Notes under the pieces: generated by a model
Seen by the model: the letters and a program-made list of their open reading frames with translations, nothing else
What the model was told of the DNA's origin: nothing
Databases searched by the model: none
Made by a program: the position numbers and the translations under genes
Assembly (NCBI GenBank): GCA_010356995.1
Contig: ML996692.1
Coordinates: 1,189,933-1,253,932, forward strand
Direction: 5' to 3'
Source: Trichodelitschia bisporula
Taxonomy: Eukaryota
Length of the DNA stretch: 64,000 nt
Shown here: positions 24,640 through 37,571 of the stretch, piece by piece
Layout: each line of letters starts with the position of its first letter
Position numbering within the stretch: the first letter of the stretch is position 1

Positions 24640-27121
24640 AGTGTCAATATTGGTTGGTCATGCCAATAGAGTGGATCACATACTCCGCCACCACTATCGT
24701 TGGGATGGTCGCTCCTAGAACAGTGACAAAAAGCCAATTGAAATTTGGCCTTCCATGAACTCTGAAATCTGCATGCTGAAAAGCCCTGTCAGGCATGAGA
24801 AGATGAGGAGAAAGAAGCCAAAGACCGTTAGGTGCTCTATTCTCTTGTTCTGGTTCTGGCTTTCTGCTTCTGAATGTACGCGTCAGTCGCCTCCTAATCG
24901 TTGTTAATGTCTTCCACCAAGACGAGAGTCGCCTTGATCAATGTTTGAGTATCTTCATCGCTGCCGTCTCTGTTGATCTGAAGCGTATCGAGCTTGTATT
25001 GAATCGAAAGAACATCTCTCCGCATGCTATGAATTTGCCTCTGGAAGTCCAAAAAGCTGTCATTGGCCAGGAATTTTGTAAACCGGGAATCCCACCAAAT
25101 TTGCCGCATCTTGAACTTGTTACGTTCCAGCTCTCGTTGGTAGTACAGGGCAACCCCGGTGATATCGCAATGCATAACCCAAACAAGAATGCTCAAACTA
25201 TCGGACCGAGAGATGGCAAAAAACCCGGCCTCTTCCTCCTCGAACCGATCGTGACGTCGCCGTACGTGGATGTTGTCTTGCCGAGATAGGACTTCAATTG
25301 ACTAACTTTCTCTTCGAGGTTCGCCCGGTTGCCGCCAAGAGCAAGACCAAAGCCCAGATCGCGAGGAAGTGGTCTACGGGGCAGTTTGTATCGAAAGAAG
25401 TTAGTGGTTTCGGAAGGATGAGAAACCGCTGGAAGCGGATCAAGGAGCAGGATCACTGTACTGTTAGTATAGGAAGTGAAGGCAGATAAAACTTACCAAA
25501 AGGACACTCCGCCACTTTGCCGCGATATAAGGTGGCCCTCTCGTGCCATAGACCACGATCCTTTCTTGGGTACTCCGGAAGCCGAAATTAATCGACAGAT
25601 TGGATTTTGTTGACAAAGCGGAATATGTTTGTCCTTAGTGCGCCACTCCTTGATGATTCAAGAAATGCTACGAATTTGTGGTACTGGTCGCTGGGCTTGA
25701 CATCGTTCCTGTGAGCGTTCTTTTGCTTGAAATCAAGCGCAAGCTGAACTGGCCTCATCCAATCCAGGGAAGTGTAGTCCTTGGGTATGGTCATCGTTTT
25801 CCAGATCTCCCGCGTTCGCCAATCATCATAAGAACAGGGGCAGCAGTTGCTCCCGAGGAGATGCGCCGCGAGGAATTCGGGGTTCAAGTGAAATGCCGCA
25901 CCTAAAGCCTCAATGGCCCTCTCGGAAAGGTCCTCGACGACGATGGTGCGGCACAGCACATCTTGGGCCAGCTCCGGCGACAGGCGAAGACTCGCAACGA
26001 AATTCGAGGCTTCAACCTGGCTGGTGAATTCGCTGAAACTTTTCTTCACAATGAGTTTGGGGAACCCGCCGTCCCGAGGTGTGTCGATGCAGGTGAATCT
26101 TCCTGCGTGGGGCAAGCGCTTGTCTCTGCAGCAGACGCGTTTGACGTGCGGCATGCCGTTTTTAGCCAGATAGCGAACCCCATCGAGGTATGGGAAGGAC
26201 GATGCAGGGTACGGGGGAACCCTGGAAGGTGGAGTTGCAGCTGGCTGTGGCGACTTTGATGAGGGACACGACCTGGAGGCTACCGACAAGCCCGGCCGAA
26301 CTGTGGAAGGCCACTGGTTGGGAGAGATGACGCTTCCACCATCGGCCTCCAAGTCATATTTTCCCCGCTCGACGGCCGTCTTGATTACCTGGATTCATGG
26401 TTGCTAAGGGTCCTGACGATGAGACCGTGCATTTCCTGACCGTATCAGCAGTGTACAGCGTATTAAGATGGAATACAAACCTGCCATGTCTTGCATATGG
26501 CCACTGGAAACCTAAATCGAAGGTCTGGAGAGACCTCCAATACGATCTAGCCAGTCCAGTCTACTGTTGAATTGGATGTAGCGACAGTTGGTGCGCCGGA
26601 CGCCTCGAGGGGTTGTGACGGGCCAGCGGAGCCGCTCGATTCTTGGCCGCGTTGCTCACCGCCGGGCTCTGGGCGGTGCCCTTCATAGAAGGCGCCGCAT
26701 TGTTGTCAGGCCGGCCGGGACGTGCTGATGAGGCTGTAGGCTCCCGTTGAGTGTTTGGTTCACTGCTAACACCGTTGGCTGATTCTTCGCTATTCTGCAC
26801 ACTGCCAGATTCCTGGCGGTGTTCTCCATCTTGCTGTGTGCCAAAAGGCGCTACGTTATTGTGGGCTCCGCCGAGCCTTGGGGATAAGGTTGCCGGATCC
26901 TGTCGAGAGTTTGATGCACTGGCCACACCGTTCGCTGATTCTTCGCCACTCTGTTCACTGCCAGTCTCCCGGTGGCGTTCTCCATCGTGCATCGTGCTGG
27001 AAGGCAGCGTATCGCTGACCGCCCCGCCAACACGTGGTGGTAAGGCTGTCAGTTCATGATCAGAATCCGATACGCCGGCTGCACTGCTCGATACAGGAAT
27101 GATATGGTCAGCGACGTTCAT
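24640..27121 (-). pseudogene. Disrupted gene: N-terminal repeats, fungal ubiquitin-like domain and CorA-like transporter region
   Basis: FPVAICKTWQ..GKYDLEADGGSVISPNQW (ubiquitin-like). VVEDLS..LGAAFHLNPEFLAAHL, WHERAT, ILLLDPLP and LTVFGF..LFSM (CorA-like). In-frame stops at 26547, 25588 and 24894, plus several frameshifts. Confidence 0.7.
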
Positions 27122-27198
27122 GATGGTTATGCTAGCTTGAGGGCTCGTGGTCGATGACAGTAGGAGAAGATGTAAGAGGCAGAGGAAGAGGGGAAGAA

Positions 27199-27290
27199 AA
27201 ACTGCGAGAGTTAAGCAACCGATCAGGCTGAGGAAGAGGAGGAGGAGGGGATGGTAAACTGCGAGAGTTGTTCAACCGATCAGGCTGAGG
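27199..27290. repeat. Direct repeat of about 34 bp (period about 57 bp)
   Basis: aaactgcgagagtt(aag/gtt)caaccgatcaggctgagg occurs twice. Confidence 0.85.
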
Positions 27291-28239
27291 CCCAGCCACG
27301 ACAGCTTTGAGCTGCTTTGATGTGAGCTACGCCCACAGTGCGCGTGTGCTCCAATAATGGAACATTTTCCGACATGCATTTATTGGCCTACGTAGTAGAA
27401 TCCATACCTTTTTCTATGGATTTTGGGGGAGTACGAGGGACCGCAGTGTAAAGCTACATGGGCTTCCGAAAACGAATATGTCGCCAATGAAGAGAGTTCC
27501 GCTGGATATAACCAGATGCAGATTTGTTGCACAGCAAGTACATCCGTACAGAGTGAGGAATGCTGTCTCGGTTCTACAGTGAAGTCGGTGGACTCGAAGG
27601 ACATTTGGACGTTGGTTCAAGCTGCTGACTTATCAGTCAACTACGCAGCGTGGCTGACACGAAGCGGCGGTGCAGGGCGTAAAGGTGTCGGGACGTTGGG
27701 GAGTTGATCCGTTTGACAAAGCCGAGTGGTGGGGGTTCGCATGCTGGAAGGCCAAGCGTCACAGTCATGGCGCCAACTGGTCTACGGGGAAACGTCACTA
27801 ATTGTTCCTGAGGCCCAGCAGACCAGACCCAGAAGAACTTCCATCAACTTCGCCTTCCTACGATTCAATAATCTCCGTGTGCCTAGTCTATCTCTCCTAC
27901 TCATCGCCTCTTTCACCACTGCTCTCCTAATTGTTATTCACATCTCCCACACTCACCTCCCCGCTTCTAGAACACCGCCCTTCCGACTCCACATTCGCAC
28001 ACCCTTCAGCTCCACTGCTTTGTACCCCGCTAATCAGCTGCGCCATCTCCTCCGCATGACATCGCTGTCGAGAAGCTCCATAGCTTGCCTTTGAATTCGA
28101 GATAAGGAGTCCCGCATCGCGAAAGACAACATAAACCGCTGTTTAGCGCCACACCCCGAACCGCACATTGCCGCGAGGCAAACCGCATTCTACTCCACGG
28201 TTCTTGGGTGTAGCCTCGCTGCAGTCCACTTCTGCCAAC

Positions 28240-29679
28240 ATGAGCCAACGTCCAGCCGCCCGGGAGTTGGTGTTTTGCCACAGATGCGAGAATGAGTGGT
28301 ATCGGGACGAGCACGGACTCCAGTGCCCTCGATGCACGTCAGATTTCATAGAAATCGTAAGTCATGACTGCTTTCCCTCTGCAAGGCTAGCCTGGGCTTA
28401 AGTGCGATGAAGCACGCCAGGCTAGTTGCAATATCACCAGTTACTGATACTGTTCCATAGATCGATGAAGGGCACGACCCGCGGGACGCGTTTACCGATG
28501 ACGAAGGTGACGACTTCAACCCGAACCGCTTCTTCAACGACTTTCACCACGACCTCCATCACCATGTTCACGACCACCACCACCATGCTCACGACGATGA
28601 CCACCTCCACACTCATACACATGATGCTCCAGATCCAGAGGAGGATGTGCCGAACAGCGGCTTTCGGATCCGACCAACGGGACCAAACTCCTACTCCATC
28701 TCAGGAACCTACATCCAGCCTGGCGGAGCCCGCGCCGACCGCAACGTGCCTCCGCAGTATCCGAATGCAGATGATCCAGCCAGTCTCATAGGGACCCTCG
28801 GCAACGTCATGCTGGGGATGGTTAGTGGTGCAAACTTGACAAGAAATGAAGGGCATATTGGACCTCATGGCGGGCGCTTCACCTATACGACAACTTTCGG
28901 TGTCCGTAACGGGCCGCCAACGCAAGGCCAGCCACCTGCAGATCCTCAGGAGCTTCATCAGTAAGGTCCCCTTCAGCGCTTTAGTCTACTCCTAATCAAT
29001 ATCTAGGCTGTTTCAACAATTTGCTGCCCCCCCCCCTCCTTTCATGACGGGTCAGCTGCGCGTCCCGCCCGGCTTTGGCTTGCCAGGTCAACCGGGTGCG
29101 AACCGGCCAGCCAACCCAATCGCGCAACTTCTCAACGTTTTGCTGAACCAGACGCATGGTGACGCAGTGTACAGCCAAGAGGCCTTTGACCGTGTTCTTA
29201 CGCAGCTGATGGAGCAAAATGGTAGTGATAACGCGCCAGGCCCAGCATCCCAGGACGCCATCGCATCGTTGCCGAGGAAGAAGGTGGATGTCAGCATGTT
29301 GGACGACCAAGGGCGCGGCGAGTGCAGTATCTGCATGGACGAGGTCAAGATTGGCGAGGAGGTCACGCAGCTGTACTGCACGCATTGGTTTCATGGGCAG
29401 TGTGTCGGCGCATGGCTCTGCGAGCACAACACATGTCCTCATTGCCGCATGGGCATCGAAGAGGGGAGGGAAGCTGCGCGCAACAAGGCCGCGTCGACGA
29501 GCGAGTCGAATGCTGGCCCCAGCACAGCTACATCCACTTCAGACTCCTCGGTAGCAAGTGATACGCATACCGACAGAGATACAGCCTCTCTTCCTGAGGG
29601 AAATGGAGGTCATGGTAGTGGCGGCGGCATAACTGGGAGGGTAAGAAGCTTCTTTGGTCGACATCACTCTACCTCTTAG
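28240..29679 (+). CDS. RING-H2 E3 ubiquitin ligase with N-terminal zinc ribbon (RNF115/RNF126-like)
   Basis: FCHRC..CPRCTSDFIE; GDAVYSQEAFDRVLTQLME; CSIC..CTHWFH..C..W..CPHC; introns about 28357-28460 and 28961-29006. Confidence 0.9.
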
Positions 29680-30355
29680 GCACGGGATAGAGTTTGACGC
29701 GGGCTTGGTCGATGTACCATTGTAGTTAAGTCGGATTCCTTATTCCCCTTCCAGGCTGTTTACGGCCCAATGTTTTATAAGCGCGGGATGGACTGTTGGG
29801 AGCTTGCGCCAAATCTGTTGCTTGAGGGAACACTATGATGAATTACGATATCCACGGGAGTTGGGTTTCGAGGTTGTCAAGGATGATGTTAATGCGAAAG
29901 CGATCCACAAGTGATATACCCGTACGTGTCTGCCGTGATTGTATGTACAATCGTAGCTTTGCGGCTCCCATTTTATATTATTTTCTTATTTTATGCGGCT
30001 TCATTATCCCCGGCTTTGATCCATCCATGTCGGCCCCGCATCATGCGATATGTACCGTACGGTACATCCCTACTCCGAGAATCTAACAGCCCCTGCCGGA
30101 GGGGTCACCCTATGACGTATGTGCCGAAGGAGCAAGCGCTACTAGTAAGGACCTTGATCCGGCGGGGTAGCTCGACTCACTACCGTACAACCAATGGCTT
30201 GGTAGCTAAGATGCAGTCGCATTAACATCCACTGCAAGTCTCTTCAATTGTCTTAAACTGGTTCATCTGCTTTTTCGCTACCCTTTTGGCCATCCAGTCA
30301 TCGAGTTGTCAATATCATTGTTAAGTTTCAACCCGATAGCTCATGATTCGCAGCA

Positions 30356-33228
30356 ATGGCGACTCATGAACGCTCCGACGTTGCTCCTCAGCACCAGGCT
30401 GCAGTTCAGCTTCACCATGCTCATGATCACCATGAGCACGAGAAACATCATGAGGAAGAGAAGCATCATGAGCACCATGGCATCAAGGAGCACATTGAGC
30501 ATCCTTTCTCCCACGGCGGACATCGCAGTTTCAAGGAGCGCGTTCAGAGTCCCTTTCCCCACCTCCGAGAGAAGCTCAAGAATACGCATCTCTACGACCT
30601 CAAGATTCAAGCTACACACTTCAAGCATAAAGCGGGCAAGTTCACCAACATCGTGAACCCTAACCACCGCCATGACGAGGAGCATGAGAAAGCCACAGAC
30701 GAAAAACGAAGCCGCATTTCGGAGAGCCACCGTTTCGAATCGTTTGCGCCCGAGCGTGATGGCAACAACATAAAGTGGTATGTCGATGGACAGGACTACT
30801 TCTGGGCGGTATCCGTGGCGCTGGAGGCTGCAAAGGAGACGATTTACATCATGGACTGGTGGCTCAGCCCGGAATTGTTTCTCCGGCGTCCGCCATACTT
30901 CAACCAAGAGTGGCGGCTAGATCAAGTTCTCAAGCGCAAGGCTGAGGCTGGCGTCAAGATCTACGTGATTGTGTACCGCGAGGTCGAGGCAGCGCTCACT
31001 TGCAACAGCCAGCACACGAAACATGCCTTGCAGGCGTTGTGCCCAGAGGGCAAGCCGGGCCACGGCAACATCATCGTCATGCGGCATCCGGATCATAATG
31101 TTCTCGAGAACGCGAGTGATATGACCTTTTACTGGGCCCATCACGAGAAGCTACTGCTCATCGACTACGAGGTCGCCTTTTTCGGCGGACTGGATTTGTG
31201 CTTTGGCCGCTGGGACCAGCGTCAGCATCCGCTTTCCGACGTACACCCTGCGGGCATCCAGCATGAGGTCTTCCCCGGACAGGACTTTAACAACAATCGT
31301 ATTCTGGACTTTGCCGGTGTCGATGACTGGGGGTCGAACCAACTGAGCAAGGCTGAGTACGGGCGCATGCCATGGCATGATGTGTCGATGGGTATGATGG
31401 GGCCGTGTGTGTACGATCTCGCGGAGCATTTTGTCTTGCGGTGGAACTTCTGCAAGCGCGACAAGTACAAGCGGGACAAAGAATATCCCTGGCTCGTGCT
31501 CGAGGGCCGGAGTGGCGAAGATGAAGATCTGATTGGAGTGCAGAGACCCAAGTTCCCGGTTGGTGGGTACACACACCATCCGCTGTCGTCTCTGAGCACG
31601 AAGGAGCTACACGAGCAGGGAACAGTCCACGCCCAGGTTGTCCGCAGCAGCTCGGACTGGAGCAGTGGGATCTTGACGGAGCATAGTATCCAGAATGCCT
31701 ACTGTCAGATTATCCAGAACGCTCAGCATTATGTCTACATCGAGAACCAGTTTTTCAGTAAGTTTACTATCTTATATTTTACTCACATACTGACCCGTCA
31801 GTTACCGCTACTGGTGAGGAGCAGGCTCCTGTCCAGAACCTCATAGGCAAAGCAATCGTCGAAGCATGCGTACGTGCCGGGAAGGAAGGCCGCAAATTTA
31901 GGATCATCGTCGTGATTCCCGCCATTCCTGGCTTTGCAGGGGACTTGCGTGAAGATGCAGCCATTGGGACGAGGTACGTGCCCTCTGTGAATGAAATATC
32001 TTGCTGACCCATAAGGGCCATCATGGACTATCAGTACAAGTCCATCCTCCGAGGCGAGCATTCCATAAAGGAGCGAATAAAAGCCGAAGGCGTGAACCCA
32101 GATGGTAACCGTCCTTCCAAGGGTCAAGTTCCGCACTAACCCCTAAGATTATCTATTTTTCTTCAACCTCCGCTCCTACGACCGCCTCAATGCCACCTCC
32201 GCCATGCGCGATCAGGAAGAGAAATCCGGTATCAAGTACCAAGAGGTACAGCAGGCCGAAGCCGAGGAAATCATGGGTACTGGCGTGCACGACGACACCT
32301 CGTCAACCAGCTCCTCGGACACAGACAGTGGCGACGAGGCGCGGCAGCATGCTGTGGACAGAAAGCGGCGCTTCGAGGCGCATCGCGAGTCCGCCGGCTT
32401 GAACGAATCCAAGTCGACGGAGGACAGCATCGCCAAGAACGCAATGCTCAACACCCCGAAGGTGTCGAAGGAGCCATGGGACAAGGACGACGCCGAGGGC
32501 GAGCTGGCAAACTTCTTTCAGGAGGAGCTGTATATTCATGCCAAGGTGTGCATTGCGGACGATCGGATTGCCATCTGCGGCAGTGCGAATCTCAACGATC
32601 GGAGTCAGTTGGGGATTCATGATAGCGAGATTGCGGTCGTTATGGAGGATACGCGCGTGTTGGACAGCACAATGGATGGTCAGCCGTTCCAGGCTGGGTA
32701 TCACGCAGCGACGCTGCGGCGCCTGCTGTGGCGCGAGCATTTGGGTCTCTTGCCGCCGCAGGAATTGAATGACAAGGAGGATGATAATCGGCTACCGCCG
32801 GGCATGGCCGGGAATGATGTGTTTGAGGGGCGGGAGTATGAGCTTGTTGCTGATCCGCTCGCGGATAAGGTCTGGGGGATGTGGACTGAGAGCGCGACGG
32901 TGAATACGGGGGTGTTTAGGGACTTGTTTCACGCCGACCCGGATGATTCGAGTGAGTCCTTTCTGTCGTACGAGGAATGGGTTGGGGGCTAATGGTCGCA
33001 GTTCGCACCTTTGAGCAGTACGAGGAGTTCACGCCGAATCCGAAGAAGGACAAGGAGCATAAGCAGGGCCATCTTTACGTCAAGGATTTGTCGCCTGAGC
33101 AGGTCAAGAAGCGGCTGGATAAGGTTCAGGGGCATCTTGTTTGGATGCCGATGGATTTCTTGTGCGAGGCTGAGATGGCTGAAAAGGGGTTGCAGGTCAA
33201 TTCCATAACGGAGAGTGTTTATACTTGA
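30356..33228 (+). CDS. Phospholipase D (two HKD motifs)
   Basis: HHEKLLLID and HAKVCIADD..GSANLNDRS; DWWLSPE; RMPWHD; YIENQFF; four short introns. Confidence 0.95.
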
Positions 33229-33434
33229 TTGCACTGGGGGTAGGAGAGGCTTCTTTCGTGCACAGCTGGCTTTGGGGTGTTGGTTTGGAGTGCTGGGTGT
33301 TGGGAGCCGGCGTCCGGTCAACATGGCAATGAGGATGGGAGGGGGCTGTGGTTCACTTGCTTAGCATAGCATAACGGCCAGCCTTGCGTTCACAACGGAT
33401 ACATTCCTAACTCCACCTGCCTCCCCCTTCCCCC

Positions 33435-35127
33435 CTACGCCACCCCCGTCTCAACCGCCCTCACAAGTCGAACCCACTGCGCCGGCAAAACGGCACTCAC
33501 CGTCGGCCCCACCGTCACCGTAGCTTCATACCGCGTCGTACTCGGCCCCTCCACCTTACCGCCGGTGATAGGGACGTACATCACCTCCCCCACGCCCTCA
33601 ACCGCGCACCCACCAAAATCTCCCCCTATCCCCGCTCCCGCCGCCGCGCCCGGGACTGCTAGCAAGGGCCTGTATCCCGCCTCAATGGTCTTCGGGCAGG
33701 CTACGTCGTCACTGAGCAGCGTGTTGCACCCTTTAGCCGCGGCGTATGCCTCCCAGCCTACGCTGCCAGGCGGTAGGTCGCCGATATTGAAGCTATGCGG
33801 CGCGCGGCTCGATCCGTACCGCGTGTACGCGTGGTCCATGTACGTCGGGAAGAAGGTTGGACGCAGGGAACTCAGCGCTGACGGGGCGAGCACCATCGTC
33901 GCATTTACCCGGCGGCCGCACGGCGCGAAGTACGGGTCGTACGGGCGGTACATGCCGTTGTTCGCGGGGGTTGGGCGGGGTGGGAGGACGGTCGCGGATT
34001 CAGCGCCGAGGGAGCGGAGGATTAGCAGCGCGGAGGGGCTGGTGAGGGTGGTCCCGCTGTACACGGCGTGGTTCGGGCGCCCGTGGTGTGTGCTCGGCGC
34101 TGCGGGAGCACCGCAGAGATTCGAGCTGGGGGCGGGCCAGTAGAAGAGCGTGCCCCGCTGAGCGGTAAGGCGGCATGTAGCCGTTGGCGCGGGGGTGGGA
34201 CAGGAGCGGATGCGCGTGCAGGGCGGGGCGAGGGTTTGGAATGCGAAATTCGGGAGCGTGCCGCTTTTCTTGGACGCGAAGAAGGCGAAGAGCGTGCTGG
34301 AGAGGTAGCTGAATGTGCTGCTGTCGTAGGCGGCGTATGCGGCTGGACAATTTGCGTCTTCGAGGGTGCAGGTGGGTCGAGGGCCGGGGAATATTTCTTC
34401 AACGCTGAGGGCGGTGGCGGAGGGGAAGGTTAGTGTTACGGGTGTTTCGGTGGGGGCGAGGACGCGCGGGATGCCGTCGCAGAGGCGCAGGGTGGGGATG
34501 CTCGTGTTTGTGTACATGGTGAAGAGGGTGGAGGTGTATTGCGTGCGGGTCGCGATCACCGGCGTTCCGGACGCGTTGGTGATGTACGACCGGGACATGC
34601 TGCTGTAGTCCAGGTGCGACTGGTAGCACTGGTATACCTCCGGCGCGGCGGCGCCGGTGACTCGGCCCGCGAAGTTCGCTGTCACGGCGGGTTGGGCTGG
34701 GGGTATTAGCTTGGAGTGAGTATCTGCGGGCGGACCCACGTTGCTGATACCCGGGTCCCCAGCGGGGCATACCGCCCATTTGGTCGCCCATCATTAGGCC
34801 ACCTAGAACGGCGGCGCCGGGGGGGAGGGCGGCCATTTGGGGGGAGGCTTTTCCTTGCCCGTTTTCTGGTTGTTGGTTGCCGAGCATGTCGGCGAAGGCG
34901 CCGGCCATCATGGAGGCGAAGGCGTCGCTGGGGAGGGGTGTGGGTTTGGGTGGGGTGGCTGAGTGGGTTACTGTGACGGTGGCGAGAGATACAGATGTCC
35001 AGGAGATGGCGGTACTCGTGTGTGTCCGTGGGGCTGCTGGAGAGGGCGAGGTTGTGTTCGGAGCGTTGGACAGCGCGAGGCTGTGACCTGCGAGCGCAGC
35101 GGCGAGAGCGATTTGGAGGAACATCAT
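33435..35127 (-). CDS. Secreted Thr/Pro/Cys-rich hypothetical protein
   Basis: Signal peptide MFLQIALAAALAGHSLA; 43-nt intron 34697-34739 joins two ORFs in frame; LFYWP and TLTSPS motifs. Confidence 0.7.
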
Positions 35128-35619
35128 GATGGGTATAGGACAGAACCGCGTTCAGTATCCAGTCCACCTCCAATGGCACAAGCGTAGATATATCAGACAC
35201 CATTGCGGGTAGAAGATTTCCATATATCCGCCACTTCTCGATCAGCCGTCACTTCGGCAGCTGTTAGAAGGCCATCTCGTGTTGCAAAGTGGACTCATAC
35301 CGGAGAACCATCGACAGCAGGACTTGAAGCTTCAGATCACTCTAAATTCCAGAAGGGAAAGTGCGGGGCAGACAGCGGACAGCGATAGCCCTGTTAAATG
35401 AGACGACATCTTGCTATTTATTTCGTAACGCCTCGCCCAAAATCCGGTCTCGGTCCAATATAAGCGCTTGGCTCAAATCTTCATCCATATCCCTTGATTG
35501 CCTGCGGATTTTGAGTGCCACCAACACCCAAGGAAGTGCCAACTTGCGTCCGCGGGCTACAAGTCCGGAGTCGGACAACCACTGCGGTAATCATAAGGGC
35601 GCCGGCAGCCGGGAAAACC

Positions 35620-36781
35620 TCAAAACATTCCGAATACGGGGTCAACGAGCCGATCCGCTATCCAGATGCAGCCGTTTCCAGCGCAGCGGTTCGCCAGCAT
35701 TATCCTCGCGTTGTTAACGAACAACTCGCCGGATCCCTTCACGGGTTCGTAAATGGTGAGGTTGATATCCGCGCGGTGCGAAAAGATTTTGAACTCTCCC
35801 TCGGTCCGGATAGCAGTCATTATGTCCTCGAATGTGGCGCATGTGGGAACAGTGAGGCTCCAAGCGAGGAGATGCGATGACAGAGCAAAGTTGAACGGTG
35901 CACGCAGGAGCTTCGTGTAGTTGGACGGCAGTAGGTCAAATGCTGTGTTAGACGGAAGAATAGCAAACGGATGTGGCGTGGTGCACGTAACGCCCTCGGG
36001 ACCGCGGCGGTCGCCCAGTCGCTTCATGATGCCGTAGAGGACTTCGGTAATGATAGCTGTCCAATTTGAGAGCTGCGGCTCGGCGAGCACGAGGTCCGTC
36101 ATAGTTTTGCCCTCTGCCTTCGGTGAAGCGTCCAGTACTGTTGCTTTGCCGGTACCGTTGCGCAATGCGATACCGAAGCTCGAGGCATAAGGGTCCAGGA
36201 AGCGGCTGATTTTGTAAACAACCCCATTTTCGGCTGCTATACCGCTGAGGTTGACTTGCGACCGGTAGTACCCGGCTTCGACGTAGGCCTCGCCGCTAGC
36301 AGCTGAGATATGGAGCGGATATCCCTCCACTGATTGTATGACTGAGTTGGATTCTCCAGCGGCAATTGTCGTCTGCGCAGCAGGCACTTCGGCAAGATGC
36401 GCGCGGAGGAGGGAGAGAAGAAGCGGGTAGTTTTGAGGAAGCGAGAAATTTGAAAGCAACTGTTCTGGAATCCTCGCAAATGCCTCAAACCGTCAGTGGG
36501 AACAGAAGCATCTTCGATGCAGGCCTACCTCATTGCTAGGAGCAAAGAATTGGAATCTGTAGCCGGCTTTTGTGCTGCTAAAGCGTTCTTCGATGTCTTG
36601 GGGCATGTCAACAACATCCACAGGGACATGAACGAGCCTTGCCTCGATTGGAGATCGCGCCTCCGGTCTTCGCTATGATGGAAGCCAAACTGCTAAGCTG
36701 GGGATCGCTCCGAATAACATCCAGGATCGTGGCGGCATTGGCGCAGATGCCGAAGAGGAAAAAAGAGCCGAAGAGAAGCAT
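35620..36781 (-). CDS. Secreted fasciclin (FAS1) domain protein
   Basis: Signal peptide MLLFGSFFLFGICANA; FFAPSNEAF and AILPSNTAF H1 motifs; NGVVYKISRFL and NGCIWIADRLV H2 motifs; introns 36597-36642 (GC-AG) and 36484-36528. Confidence 0.85.
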
Positions 36782-37571
36782 TTTGGCTCAAGGCGTACCT
36801 CCGGATGATACCGGTATTTGATGCTGTTGTTCCAGCAGAGAGGATGATCAATATTCGACTTCGTGCCACATCGCGGAAGGACAGAACCAGAGCCGCAACA
36901 ATTAGGGCACGGGAGCTTCGGGCCCACGTCTGCGCCATCTAGCTTTGGTACCTGCAGCAATGGAAAAGTTTCAACTCGCATTCGGGAGGTCCACGCATAT
37001 CCAAGCTCGGTCCCCCGCGGCAAGATCCACGGCACGGACTATGGGGGAAGGCTGAGGACCAACAGGCTCATCGACCGATATTGAGCCTAGCGAGCGACCC
37101 CTCGTCATCACGGGGCCCGCTCCCTTCCATATTGGGCCCAAAACATCGTGATTGGAGCAAACGTTAACAGACGCAGCGGACTGGACGATGATCGGGAAAC
37201 CCGAGATCCTGCATGAAGGTCCCAAGGGTGTAATGAATGTCGTGCGCATGGCCAAGCACTGCCTGCCGTTATGCTTGACCTGCTTTCTTGCATGTCATTG
37301 CCTAATTCAAGCGAACGAAGCCTGGGGTTGTGGAGGGTTTTCGAAGGGAAAAAACGCCACAAGCGTGGAATTCATATATCGCACCTCGGCAGCGTTAACG
37401 AGAACGAAGCGCGTAAACGCCTTCCACGCCTCATCAACAGTTCGGAGAGAAGTTTAGGACGGGTGCTGCCGTCGGAACGAGCTAACTCTGTTAAAAGTCA
37501 ACGTTCGCCAGCGAGTGAAGAAATACTTGGGTTTGGTTGTTTTGCATTTGCGAATAGGCATCTTTTGGTCC

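Noticed and set aside
24894..26549. A-to-I editing rescue of the TAG stops in the CorA-like gene
   Set aside because: Several frameshifts are also present, and editing cannot repair them.
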